Origin: Hydrolagus colliei
Lineage: Eukaryota
Assembly (NCBI GenBank): GCA_035084275.1
Contig: CM068744.1
Coordinates: forward strand, 83,762,001 to 83,826,000
DNA length: 64,000 nt
Reading direction: 5' to 3'
Position numbers and translations under genes: made by a program. This document shows positions 50,533 to 63,599 of this stretch, piece by piece (position 1 is the stretch's first letter; each line of letters opens with the position of its first letter). Under the pieces are notes generated by a model. That model made no database searches. It saw nothing but the letters and a program-made list of their open reading frames with translations, and was not told where the DNA came from.

Positions 50533-51689
50533 ATGGTAGAGTCCAGAATGCATTAAAGTGGATGTCTAGATGCTGAATATTCAAGGAATCCTCAGTTTTT
50601 AACTAAATCCTACCTGTCTTCATTCTTGATTGAGTAGTGAAACCAATAGCACAAAGGTGGGCTATACATAGAAACCAGCAGGCCTTAATTACATTATTTG
50701 CCTATAATTTGGATGCACACATGTCCTTGTAAAATAGAAGCCCTGAATAAGTGACTCTGAACAGAGGAGCTGAGAAATTGATAGGAATGAGACCCTGGAT
50801 GGAGAGTGGGGAAGGAAAAGTGAACCAAATTTGTCTATTGGTGCGTAGTTCCACTTTTTAAGTGCTTAATATGTGCTTGGATTTTTACAAGCAACATGTC
50901 CATGGATGATCAGATTGGTGACTATGAGAATGCTCCTGTCAAAACTAAATAATATAATTATATGGCAGTATTGCAACACAGAATCTTCTACTTTACCATT
51001 GATATTCCATCATCTCTTTTGAATTTGATCTCTACCTTTAAGGTAGGCTTGCACTACCAATAAAGGTTAGAGTTCAGGGGAAAGCCAACTGCAGTACCCA
51101 CAACAATTTCATTGAAGGGAATTGGTGGGTGCGGGGTGCGGGAAGAGAAATCCTGGCAGTCAAATGGTTAAACGAGTAAAATAGATTGTGTGGTAGTTTT
51201 ATGCTGGTTCAGACTATGCTGGAGAATGCACTTGTGCAGTAACGTGTGCCCTGAGGCACCTCACCTCCTTTTAGGCTACACACCGGTTTCACAAAATCTT
51301 ACTTGAATTCTTGAGTCCATCACTGTCCAAAAAAGGACAATTTAAAACAATTTGGACATTTAAGTGGGGTAATTGCAGGCGCTAGTCACTGTTGGATTCA
51401 CGAATGTTACACCCCGCCTATCACCACAATTGTCAGTCAGAAATCACAGGTAAACGATTATACTGGATAAAGTCTGACGACTTAGTCATAAAAGCATGCC
51501 AAATGTTCTTTTCCCTCTAGGCAAATAAATACTTCTCGCTGTCTGTTCATAGGTTTGTGTAGATCAGAAACCACCAGATTGCACACCATATGTGTACCAA
51601 ATTCAACTTAAAATGAAACAAAATCACTTTCTTTGCAATTGGTGGCTCTATGTCTAATCCGGATTGAGTTTTGACTAATGATTGGGAAG

Positions 51690-52340
51690 ATAGCAACAAC
51701 AACTTGCATTCATACAGCACCCTTCACACAGAGAGCATTTTGGAAGAGCTGCACACCAAGCAAAGAGGAAGGGAGAGTGACCGTAGATGCGGTTGAAGAG
51801 GTAGGTCTCAAAGTAGAATTCAAATACAGATAACGAAAGGGCAAGACCTGGATTAGAACACAATTGGTGTGTTGTGGAGTCCTGTAGCTCAGTGGTTAGA
51901 GCACTTATCTTGCAAACGAGGGACCTGGGTATGATTCGAAGCAGGGCCAAACCTTGGGAAAGTTTCCTTACTCCACACATCTGATAATAATCCCTCAAGA
52001 AAAAAAATAACAAATTGGTCATTTCAATCCACGACCGTTTGTGGGACACTGCTTGCACAATTGGCTACTGCGATTCGCCCACACAATATACAGTCAATTC
52101 ACTTTACTGTATATTGTGTGAAGCATTTGAGTCGTCTAGAAGACGTGTAAAGTGCTGTATCAAATGCAAGAATTATTATGATTATTGTGACTGAAGGCAC
52201 AGTCACTGATGGTGGCACTGAGGGGTCGGGGAGGAACAGAAGGCCTGCAATAGCTGAGTGAAGGGGATGACAGTGGAATGCGGTATGGGAATGTCAGAGT
52301 GGTCGGGAGGTACTGGGGTGTGAAGGGATTTGTGTGGGAG
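51690..52340 (-). mobile_element. Old L2 fragment interrupted by a SINE
   Basis: CAACAACAACTTGCATTCATACAGCACCCTTCAC (reverse tail) and G-rich reverse L2 body on both sides of the SINE. Confidence 0.55.
51874..52186 (+). mobile_element. Full-length tRNA-derived SINE (short subfamily)
   Basis: A box TAGCTCAGTGG at 51885-51895, CTTGCAA loop, Deu-like body, tail ATCAAATGCAAGAATTATT. Confidence 0.9.
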
Positions 52341-52414
52341 ACAAGTGATGAAAACAAAACTGTAAAAATGAAACATTTCGTTTCAGCCAATTACAAAACA
52401 ATTAAAGCCAAATA

Positions 52415-52610
52415 CAGTAAAAGCACATTTATCCAGCACCCTCGGGACCTGGCCAATGCTTGTTAAAGCGCCTGCCGGATATTCGGCCGAAAATGCAAAA
52501 CAAATAATACATTTTCAATTTAATCGAATTTTTTTTCAGATTTTTTTATTGCGATACCGGTTATACGGAAGTTACGGTTGATCGGGTGCTGGATAAACAG
52601 GCTTTTCCTG
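52415..52610. mobile_element. Tc1/mariner MITE family A, short copy (196 bp)
   Basis: TA|CAGTAAAAGCACATTTATCCAGCACCC ... GGGTGCTGGATAAACAGGCTTTTCCTG|CA. Confidence 0.85.
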
Positions 52611-54509
52611 CACCTCTATTTCTTGATTTTTTTTGCGGGAGGCAGGGTGGGGTACGATCTGTAAAAAATAGTATTAACTCTGTAAATAATCACATTATAT
52701 GGGGTGTGTGAAAGTGATACTTACTATCTTGTGTTCTGATAAATAGCAAGATACAAATCTGTCTCCTTCATGTGCCATGTGAGTGTTCTGATGTGACTGG
52801 GTGAAGTGCCACACAGTCATGTTAGAATTTAGTGCAATGATGTGGCACTGTTCCTCCTGTTTCATTTGTCTAATGATGTAAAATCCACTTTACATAAACC
52901 AGATGACATAAAAACACAAGCCTAGTATATACCAATGATTTGAGTCAATTTGACCCCCTATCCTCTTGTTGTGATTGGCAGTTATATAACACGGCAGAAT
53001 TCAGTTCATTGTGGGACTGTTGAATATTTGCAAATATTTACTTCTTTCGCTTCAGTTAAAACCAGCTTCTGCCACTCGAGTGACATATCCCCCAATGCAG
53101 CATCTGAGCTGGACTTACGTATTCATGCCGTTCAAAGATTATAAGAATCTCCTCGTATCTAGGGGGTTAGGGGTGTGGGGAGATGACATCCCGCTGCTCA
53201 CTATCTGTCAGAGATATGTGATGTATGATTGGAGTCTGAAGAAAAGCCATTCTGTGTTGTTATATCACCTGCTGCCATCTCAATTACCAATGCTGTTTTT
53301 CACTCCAAATTTAAATCTAAATTGGAAACGTAGCTTATAAACAGGGCGATTGACGCCACGGGTGAATTTAGTGTCACTATCAGACGTGTCAGCCAGAAGC
53401 AGACACTTTGAAATGACACCACCACTGGAACCACCTGCTTTTTAAATTTCCCTGCAATCTCTCTCCACCACCGCTATCTGCAACGCCTCGTGCACTAGCT
53501 AAAGCAGCATCTTTGTATTATACGAACAGTCTGCTCCATAATCAAATACCATCTGTCGTTACATCTGAACCTAGGTTTAACATCTGTGCTTTCTGGTTTT
53601 AACAAAGCTTTTTTTGGGAGGAGGGGGATGGGGGCAGTGGGGGATGGAGGGGGGGAAAGAGGAAAACATTCACAAGTTTCACAGCCTTAGACACAAAATT
53701 ACAAATGTAGATGTTTGTTATCTGGGAAAACAAATGTGTCTGCGTGTGTGTGTTCTTACACCAGAGTTTGCAAATTGTCGAGGTGTTCCCTCTCCAAAGT
53801 ATTTGCAAGATTAAATACTCTTGGCCTCAGCTTGGGCAGCCAAGTGTAAAGGAACACTTGTTCCTGGGAGCTGCAGTAGTCTTTTGCCAATTGAATCTGC
53901 ACACGCCAACTGAGAAACGGCAAGTTGATCAGTCAGCACAACCCTATTATTTTGAATGGGATTGTAAATAGAGTCATGATGGGGGAGTACTAAGCACTTA
54001 CAGAAAGGAGTACCATGCTGTAGAACAAATGGTAATGTAAAATTCCAAAGAGTTCTCCCGAGGTTTGGTGCTTCAGCAAAGTCACAGTACATTTACAGAG
54101 GCACTATGTCCCTCTTTTACTGTTCGCCTCACCAGGCATTCATTGATCCTGCGGTCAGGGTTATGGACTGACAGACGTCTGTGAAACAGACTTGTTTTAG
54201 CCAGACGCAGATACAGTATTACCAAGATGGATCTGTGGCCTCTTGACTAATAGCAGAGTATTAGAATCCTTGCAGAAAACACATTCATAAGTGAGTGGAG
54301 GTGGAAGGTACCAGTGGGTTGAAATTTTGGTAGCTGAGCATTGTGTTTAAGGACCAGTGTTTCGTATTGGAAGCATATGGCAGCTATTTTCTGTGGCCAT
54401 CAATGTACTAAATTAGGGCTTGATCCGATGGTTGGTCAAAGGACTAATCAGAGAGTGAGAAAAAAGGGCTTAAAAAGTGTATAGTTAGGCTAAGCCACAA
54501 GCTTTATAA

Positions 54510-54690
54510 CCATAATAATAATAATATTCCTTGCATTTGATATGCCTCATTACCTCACCAAAATATCCCAAAGTGCAGCTCAGGATTTTATTGTAAAGTG
54601 CAATGACTGTATTTGTGGACAAACACGGCAGCCAATTTGCACACAGCAATATCCCACAAACAGCCATGAGATGAATGACTGGTTTTATTT
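54510..54690 (-). mobile_element. SINE 3' half
   Basis: (AAT)n, CCTTGCATTTGATAT and CGGCAGCCAATTTGCACACAGCAATATCCCACAAACAG. Confidence 0.8.
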
Positions 54691-54761
54691 GGGGGAATGT
54701 TGAGATGCTACCCTGCATGGCAAGTGATATATAAATGCAAGTTGTTGTGATTGCTGTATAG

Positions 54762-54948
54762 CAGTGGTTTCCAAACTTTGAATAGTAGCGCCCCCCCTAA
54801 CTCAACAACGTTTTGTTGCGGACCCCCTCCTTCACACTCGGCTCCGCCCCGGCTCCACACGCACTCAGGGGCTCGAGACTCTAAAGCTCCACGCCCCCAC
54901 AGCCAACAATACACGGCCCCCTGGGTGGGGAGGGGGGGGAAACCACTG
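54762..54948. mobile_element. hAT (Charlie-like) MITE, 187 bp
   Basis: TIR CAGTGGTTTCC / GGAAACCACTG; 8-bp TSD CTGTATAG (54754-61) / CTGTATGG (54949-56). Confidence 0.88.
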
Positions 54949-56349
54949 CTGTATGGTAACATAGCAAGGGGGATGTGGCTCTGGCAGACTAGAGATGTGA
55001 ATCATTAAGGAGAGATCTGTGAAGATTCACTTTAGCCACTTTCCCTCTGTGTTGAAGTAGTGCAGTGCAGTGGGCCTTGTTACTCAAGAAATCACAGAAA
55101 TGGCAGCTAAACTACGACATTTATGGATTCAAATGGCTATTTTGTATACTTTAATAGTATAACCACAAACCCACGGTAGATTCGTGCAGCTGAAGATAGT
55201 TCTAGTTATGGTCAAGGGTTATAACATTCTCTTACATGCCGAAACAAACTAAACAAACAGCTGTAACATCTCACATATCAAAACAATGTCCAGCAGAGGA
55301 TCATTGTGTAGAGCAAGTATTTCAAGACCATATGAAGTTTATATAGTCTGTCTCAAGACATCCCTCTTTGACCGTGAGTCTTCCCTGGGAGTACATGATG
55401 AAGGGCACAAAAACTGAGATAGACTCTGCTTTCCAAGGTCAAGAGACACTCTCTTTCCAGCAACGGAAATCTAATGCTAATCTCCAAGGAGGGTGGGCGG
55501 CAGGATCTCTGCTTCTTTCTGCCTTTGTGTGACTTAAAGTGGATGTAAAGGGATCAGTCTGAATTGCAGAATTTGTGAGCATTTCGTTGTTTGAAGGGCA
55601 CGGTGACATAGCCCTGCGGAAGACAGGTTAACCTGCTGTAATTTAATACCGAATGGTGCAAAAACCTTTACCTCACTGCAGAACGGTAGGAAAGACAAAC
55701 ATTTGATACCAATTACCTGCACTCAGACACCTCCAATTGCATAAGAACATAAGATTTAGGAGCAGAAGTAAGCCATTCGGCCCCTCGAGCCTGCACTGCC
55801 ATTTAATAAGATCATAGTTGATCTTCTACCCTGATTCCATTTACCCGTCCTATCTCCCTATCCCTTAATCCCTTTAGCTTTTAAAAAATTGTCGATCTCA
55901 GTCTTGAATATGTTCAATAACAATATAACAATCAATTCACTTTTCAGTATATTCTGTGAAGCACTTTGAGCATCAATAAGATGTGAAAAGCGCTATATCA
56001 AATACAAGGATTATTATTATTATCCACAGCCTTCTGGGGTAGAGAATTCCATAAATTCACTACCCTCTGAGTGAAGGAATGTTTACTCAACTCAATTTTA
56101 AAAGGCTGACCTGTAATCCTGAGACTATGATCCCGAGATTTCGATTTTCCAACCAGGGGAAACAGTCTCACAACATCTACCCTGTCAAGGCCCTTAAGAA
56201 TCTTATAGGTTTCTATAAGATCACCTCTAATTCTTCTATATACTGTACTAGAGAATATGGGCCTAATTCACTCAACCTATCCTCATAGGTCAACTCCTTC
56301 ATCCCAGGAACCAACCAATTGAATCTACGTTGCACATTGCAATTGGTCT

Positions 56350-58550
56350 TTGGTTCTCTATGGCGAGTATATCCTTTCTTGTGCTAACCTCTCCTCCATC
56401 ATCCACATCCCTACCCTCCTTGCGAATCAATCCATTACCCTTTCCCATTTCACACATCCCTCTGTCAATTGTTCCCTCCACATTGGTCTTCAAAATGTCT
56501 GCTCTCTCTGCAACAAGACGCTGACTGTCAACGATCTCATCCTCGATGAGAACATTGATATTGTGCTCGCTGAAACCTGGATCACTCCCAGTGATATCTT
56601 CCCCCTCACGGAGGCCACACCATCCGGCTATACCTCCCACCAAGCCCCATGCCCCAACCGCCGGTGGTGCGGCCCTCATCTCCAGGGCATCAATTGCCCT
56701 AACCCCCTACTACTCTGGTTCCTTCCCCTCATTTGAACACCTCACCCTTTGCCACCCCTCCTATCTCCCACTTAAGATTCTCCTAATTTTCCACACACCC
56801 CCATCCAAATCCTCCCCCACTTTCATCTCCAACATCTGCACCCTCCGAGCTTCCCTCTGCCTGGTTCACCAGCCATCTCTGTTCGCTCAAGGGCCAAGTG
56901 CGGGGTGCTGGCCGCTGAACTCACTTGGCTCAAATCTGGCCTAACGGTCCACCGGCATATATGGCTGAACCACATTAAAACCTACCGCTCTGCTCTGGCT
57001 CCCACCAAATTGTCCTTCTACTCCAGGATAATCCTGGAGGTGAAGGGCAACCCCAGAATGCTATTCTCAACCACAAACTGGCTCCTCCGCCCTCCCCACC
57101 ACGCCTTGCAGATTCTTTCTTCCAATTCCCACTGCGAGGAAGGGATATGGGGATAAGGCAGGAAGGTGGAGTTAGATTAGAAGATCAGCCATGATCTTAT
57201 TGAATGGCAGGGCAGGCTCGCGGGGATGAATGGCCTTCTCCTGCTCCTTATTCTTATATTCTTATGAGGAGATGCTGGATTTCCTAGAGTCCAAAATTGA
57301 GGGAATCCGCTCAGCTATCACCGCCCTTCCAACTTCCACCCCTCCCCACCTCCCTTCCACACTCCGACTCCTACCCATCCCTCCTTCCATACCTTCAAAC
57401 CTGTCTCCCTGTCCTCTGACATCACAACCATATACTCTATGTAGCCCACCACCTGCTCCCTGGATCCCATCCCTACCCCTCTCCTGATCTCCCAGCTACA
57501 CCTCCTGTAGCTGCCCCAGTACTTGCTGACATGATCAACATGTCCCTCTCATCCGGCACCATTCCCATACCGCTCAAAACAGCCACTATCACAACCATTC
57601 TCAAGAAACCGACCTCTATCTCTCCACTTCCACCCTCAACTCCAGGACTACCAGTGTCCTGACTGCCTGCCTGTTTGACATCGAGACCTGGATGAAAGAC
57701 AACTTTCTTCAGCTGAATGTCAGCAAAACTGAGGCCCCCGTTTGGCTCATGTTAGCGCTTCCGCACCTCAGGCACTGGCAGCATCAGCATCCAAAGCTGC
57801 ACACTCCATCTCATGAAGCCAGTCAGGAACCTGGGTGTCTTGTTTGACCCTGAACCATCCTTCCTCCCCCACATCCATGCCATGACCAGAACTGCCTTCC
57901 ACCACCTCCATAACATTGCCAAACTCCGCCACTGCCTCACCCCTCAGGCTGCGGAAACCCTTGTCCATGCATTCGTCACATCAAGGCTTGACTATGGAAA
58001 CTCCCTCCTTCCTGGCCTTCCCAGATCTTCCCTTCATAAGCTGCAGATCATCCAGAACTCTGCAGCTCGTGTCCTCTCCCGCACTAAGCTCCGTGACCAC
58101 ATAACTCCCATGCCCGACTGGCTCCATTGGCTCCCCATCCCCCAGAGGATCAAATTCAAGAGTCTTGTCCTCACTTTCAAGGCCATTCATGGCTTACCCC
58201 TTCCAACTCTCCGACCTGCTGATTCTCAATCAACCTGCCTGCCCCCTCCATTCAGCAGGCTCTGGTCTGCTCTATGTCTCTCGCCCAACCTGCCCTACAA
58301 TCGGCAGCCAGGGTTTCAGCCTCTATGCCCCACTCTCTGGAACTCCATCCCACAGTCCCTTTGCCTCACTTCCTCCCTTGCCTCCTTCAAGGTCGGTCTC
58401 AAGACCCTCCTTTTCGATCATGACTTCCCAACTGTCACCGGCTACCTACCCCTCCCCGTGCTTGGGTCCCGACCCCTGACTGTTCGGCGACTTGGGGACA
58501 TCCTCCTGACGTGAAAGGCGCTCTACAAATGTAATTTTATTGTTGTTGTT
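56350..58550 (+). mobile_element. Internally deleted L2 LINE with AP-endonuclease and ORF2 C-terminal parts
   Basis: GLQNVCSLCNK...IDIVLAETWI (APE endonuclease motifs); KPVRNLGVLFD...TSRLDYGNS...WLHWLPIPQRIKFK; intact tail. Confidence 0.9.
57141..57265 (+). mobile_element. CR1 3' tail inserted into L2, 5-bp TSD
   Basis: GAGGA at 57136-40 and 57266-70; removing the insert restores the L2 frame HCEEMLDFLESKIEGIR. Confidence 0.85.
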
Positions 58551-58889
58551 CTTAGATAAGGAGATCAAAACTGCACACAATATTCTAGGCGCTTTCTCAC
58601 CAAGGCCCTATACAGTTGCAGTAAGACCACCCTAGTCTTATGGTCTAGCCCCTTTGCAATGAATGCTAACATGCTGTTAGACTTTCTAATTGCTTCCTTT
58701 ACCAACTTTTTGTGATTGGTGTACAAGGACATCTAAATCCCTTTGAACACTAACACTACCTAGTCTCTACCACTCTAGAAAAGAATCTGCTTTTCTATTT
58801 TTTATACCTAGGTGAATAACTTCACACTTCCCCACATTATACTCCATTTACCAACGTCTTGCCCACTCACTTAATCTGTCTATATCCCT

Positions 58890-60226
58890 TTGCATTCTTC
58901 TCTCTATCTTACCAGGGCTCCCTCTGCCTCCTTATCCTCCTGGACCTGTCAGCTGCATTCGACACAGTCTACCACGCCCTCCTCCTCCACAGCCTGTCCT
59001 CCGTCATCTACTTCAGTGGGACCGCGCTTGCCTGGTTCGAGTCCTACCTCACAAACCGCCAGCAGTACATCTCCACAAACGGTTTTTCCTCCCACTCTCA
59101 CCCAGTTACCTGTGAGGTCCCCAAGGGATCCATCCTTGGCCCCCTCCTTTTCCTCATCTATATGCTCCCTCTTGGTGATGTCATCTGCAGACGTGGGGCA
59201 CACTTCCACATGTACGCAGATGACACCTAACTCTATCTCTCCACTTCACTTTGTGACCCCCAGTACCCTGATGTTCTGTCAGCCTGCCTTTCAGACATCA
59301 GGGTCTGGATGAGCGCAAATTTTATGCAGCTGAATGTCGACAAGACGGAGGCCATACTCCTTGGCTCTCGTCAATGTCTCCATTCACACGGCTCTCACCT
59401 CCTCCACCTTCCCGGCCTACCCCTAAAACTCTCCGAACCTGTCCGCAACCTTGGCGTCAGGTTCGACTGTCTTTCCTCCCCCACATCCGGTCTGTTACCA
59501 GCATTGCCTTCTATCACCTCCGATGGATTGCCCGTCTCCGGCAATACCTCAGCCCAAAAGCCGCTGAAACCTTGATCCATGCCTTTGTCACCTCTCGGCT
59601 GGACTATTGCAATGCCCTCCTCTCCGGTCTCCCCTCCACCACAATCCACATAATCCAGCTAATCCAAAACTCTGCCGCTCACATACTCACCCATTCTATG
59701 CTTCGCTTCCCCATTACCCCAGTCCTTGCCAGACTTCACTGGCTCCCTATCTCAGAGAGGATCGACCTCAAGATCCTCACTCTTGTTTTCAAATCCCTCC
59801 ACTCCTCTGCACCCCCCTATCTCTCTGATCTCCTCTCCCCCCAACCCAGCACCGCTGCCTTCGCTCCTCTGGGTCTCACCTCCTCCATGTCCCCAAATCC
59901 TCTGCTCCACCCTCGGCGGCCGTGCCTTCAGCCACTACGCCCCGAGGCTCTGGAACTCCCTTCCTCACTCCCTTTGCCTCTCCCCCTCTCTTCCCAGTTT
60001 CAACAACAACAACAAATTACATTTATAGAGCGCCTTTCACATCGGGAGGACGTCCCAAGGCGCTGATTCAGGTCACAGCTGAAGACCTTTCTCTTCGACC
60101 GCGCTTTTGGTCACCTTTCTGCCCCTGCCCCTGGCTCGATCCCGGGATCTGCTATTGTAAAGCGCTCTGAGACGCCATCCGACGTGGAGGGCGCTATATA
60201 AATCGAAGTTGCTGTTGTTATTGTTG
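58890..60226 (+). mobile_element. L2 LINE RT/3' fragment (different subfamily)
   Basis: LLDLSAAFDTV...WFESYL...VPKGSILGPLLFLIYM...HMYADDT reverse-transcriptase motifs; contains a reverse L2 tail stub at ~60003-60066. Confidence 0.92.
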
Positions 60227-60924
60227 TACTTGTGTCATCCTCACAGCTTACTTTCCCACCTAGCTTTGTATGATCCGCAAATTTAGATATATTAAGATCT
60301 ATTTCTTCATCTAAATCATTGATGTAGACTGTAAACAGTTGACGCCCAAGCACTGATCCTTGTGGCACTCCACTAGTCACATCCTGCCAATCTGAGAAGG
60401 ACCAGTTTATCCTTACCCGTTGTTTTCTGCGTGTTATCCACTCTTCAATCCATGCTAATATCGAAATACGCTATATCCAGTGGTTTCCCCCAATCTAACC
60501 TACTGGTTACATCTACAAGATTTGTTAGACATGATTTCCCTTTTGTAAAGCCATGGTGACTTCTGACTTTCTAAGTAGTCTACAATGACATCCCTGCTTA
60601 TAAATTCTAGAATTTTCCCTACCACTGATGCCAGGCTAATTGGTCTATAGTTCCCTATTTTATCCCACCCTTCTTAAATAGTGACATTACGTTTACGACC
60701 TTCCAATCAATGGGAACCGTTCCAGAATCTAGTGAATTTTGGAAGATCAAAAACAATGCATCCATTATCTCTGCAGCCGCCTTTTTAAAACCCTAGGATG
60801 CAGATCATCAGGTTCAGGGGATTTATTAGGTTTTAGTCCCATCAATTTCTCTAGTACTAATTCTCTACTGATATTAGCCTCTTGATTCCCCACTATTTTA
60901 GGTAAGTTTACAATAGTTTCTAAC

Positions 60925-61105
60925 TTATCATAGAATCATAGACTTATAGAATGTTAAGGCACAGAAGGAGGTCATTCGGCCCATCGAGTCTGTGCCGGCT
61001 CTTTGACCGAGCAAGTCACTTTCATTAACCCCAATCACCAGCTTTCTCCCCATAACCCAGCAAACCCGTCTTCCCCAGATACCTATCTAGTTCTCTCTTA
61101 AAATA
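60925..61105 (-). mobile_element. CR1 3' tail inserted into the host CR1
   Basis: ATCATAGAATCATAG...GGCACAGAAGGAGGTCATTCGGCCCATCGAGTCTGTG, same type as 21147. Confidence 0.8.
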
Positions 61106-62269
61106 TGAGAGAACAAAGAAGACAGAAGACAGAAACAAAATATTTTTTCTTTATTCCCCATTATAATTTATTCTGTCTCTGTCTGCAATGGACCCACATT
61201 TGCTTTTGTCAATCACTTCATTTTTATATACTTGTAAAAGTTCTTACAATCTGTGTTTATATCTCTAATTTACTCTCATTTTCCATTTTCTCCCTTTTGA
61301 TCAGTTTCTTGGTTTTCCTTTGCTGATCTCTAAAAACCTCCCAATCCACATATTTATAGCTATTTGGGGCAATATTATAGGTCTCTTCTTTTAATTTTAT
61401 ACTTTCCTTAACTTCTTCAGTTAGCCATGGTTGAACCATTTTCCATCTTAAGGGACTATGTGTTTGCTGGGAATTATATATTATATCTTTGAAGACCGAC
61501 TTAAACCCACAATCACCAGAAAGGTCTAAGGTGCCATGAGCCCTTTGCTGAACTGAGCCACAATTGAAGCAAACATTTAGGATCCTTTTGGTTATATTAC
61601 CAGTAGATTATACCTTGTCCTTCTTTGGCTTCAGCTCACTCTAATCAAACACAGTTCCTAAATTAGGTAAATGGGACCCATCAGTGATTTAAGAAGCTGA
61701 TATGGCCAAAAATCCTGAAAGAATCAATACAAATGCAAGTTCTTGTTCCGATATTAGTGTTTACATTTGATGCAACACCTTTCATGTTGGGAGGACGTTT
61801 TAAAGCGTTTCACAGGATTTACTATAAGGCGTAGTGCCTATGTATATGGTAGGAAAATTACAATTAAATATAACTTAATGGAACATGAGGCAAAACTATT
61901 GTTTGAATATTGTAAAAATTACTCTTACTATTATTGTTGAGTTTCATCATTGTGATATTTATAATCTGGATTAAACTACCATCTGCTGTTAAGGAGCCCG
62001 CTTGCTTCACTTCCAATGATGGCTATCTTAGGTGAGTTTCTTTAAAAAATGTTACACAAAGCAATCAGTTTGATCCTTGGAATTGAATAGATCTTTCTTG
62101 TTATGCTAACATCTGATCTCATTCAAGGACAAAATGACCTCGCTCCCTTTCAATGGTTCAATTTGCCTGGACCTCTTATCTTTTCATGACCAGTTACCCA
62201 ACTCACCTCAAACACCGCAGCCCTTTTACATGTGCTGTTTTCATTCTCTATGTACATTTTTTATGCATT

Positions 62270-62402
62270 GTAGCTTGAGGAATATGGCTCTATGCTACGC
62301 AGGGCTCCCTTTGCCTCCTTGTCCTCCTGGACCTCTCAGCCGCATTCAACACAGTCGACCACGCTATCCTCCTCCACCGCCTGTCCTCCATCATTTACCT
62401 CG
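62270..62402 (+). mobile_element. L2 RT fragment
   Basis: CTCCTGGACCTCTCAGCCGCATTCAACACAGTCGACCAC (LLDLSAAFNTVDH). Confidence 0.8.
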
Positions 62403-62742
62403 GACATCGCAGAACGCTTCACAGAATATACTGTAAAGTGAATTGACTATATATATCTGATGGGCAAAAGGCGGTAACAAATTATACACAAGTGTCCCAC
62501 AAACAATCGTGTGATCGAGTGACCAAATTATTCATGTTTGTTTTTGAAGGGACCCACCAGAATAGTAATCCACCAATCGACTGACAATGGGGTTCCTGCT
62601 TACAGCTAGGTAAACAGAGGCCTATGGAGTAAGGAAACCTACATAAAGTTTTGCCCTGCCCAGGAATCGAGCCCAGGAATCAAGCCCAGATCCTTTCACT
62701 TGCAGGACAAGTAAACTAACCACTAAACTACTGAATTCCACA
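62403..62742 (-). mobile_element. tRNA-derived SINE (long subfamily)
   Basis: Reverse head (CTTGCAGG...TAACCACTAAACTAC), the extra segment (GCTAGGTAAACAGAGGC) and Deu-like body. Confidence 0.8.
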
Positions 62743-63599
62743 GCCATAAGGCCCAATTTTGTCTTAGCCTGAAGATCATTTTGTTTTACAATCTAAGGTC
62801 ATGGACAATTGTGGAAACATTTTCAATTGAATACTAAATTGGAAGTCAGATTTTCTGCATTTCTCAAAAAGAAATGTTTCCAAAATTAATGTAAGGTGGA
62901 CAAAACACAAGGTGTTAATGTAAGGTGGTTCCAGCTGGAAAAGTACATGGTATACACTGTTACTATAATATTCTTATTCTTCAATGTTAATTGAAAAACT
63001 GAAAAGGTCAATGAAGAGAACCATATATAAAAAGAAATGATCTATATTGCTTTCAGAAGCTCACAATAAATATGTGGCTTATAGCCTTAATAAAACAACT
63101 TATCAAATCTATCACTGCTATATCTAAGTGCCTTTAAATACCATCAGCAAGTTGCCTTTCATGTGTCTAGTTATTGTAATTAATTTCAATTTAAAAAGTG
63201 AATGCAGATGCATACAACACTCTCCCTAGGACTCAAGTTCCGTCATTTCATAAGATAGAACATGGAGGAGAGGTGGGTGAGTGTGTCGAGCATTGCTCCC
63301 AAATGAGTTAAACAGTTTAGATCTTCGCTATAATTCTAATTCTTAATTGTTTGGATAATCCATTATTTATCTTTCCTGATTCTGGAGTGTTTAAATTCTT
63401 GTTTTAATCTAAACAAAATATTTGCAAACAAGGCCTGATCCTCAAGTTCTGTCTCCACTGGGGAGAAGATCTGGGAGCAGTGACTCAGTCGCTGTCTCTG
63501 GAGACTGATAGATCCTTGTTGATGGCCTTGATTTCTGTTTAAACACAGAAAATATCATCAACGTTCTCGCTTGCTTGAAACACAAAAAATTCTTAAATA

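Larger units (their letters stand above)
55741..61480 (-). mobile_element. CR1 LINE host element, fragmented by later insertions
   Basis: Reverse CR1 tail (ATAAGAACATAAG...) at 55741, pieces at 56023-56345, 58551-58890 and 60227-61480; RT motif TSGVPQGSVLG.QLFTVYINDLDEEI..NISKFADHTKLGG in ORF 60111..60380. Confidence 0.85.
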
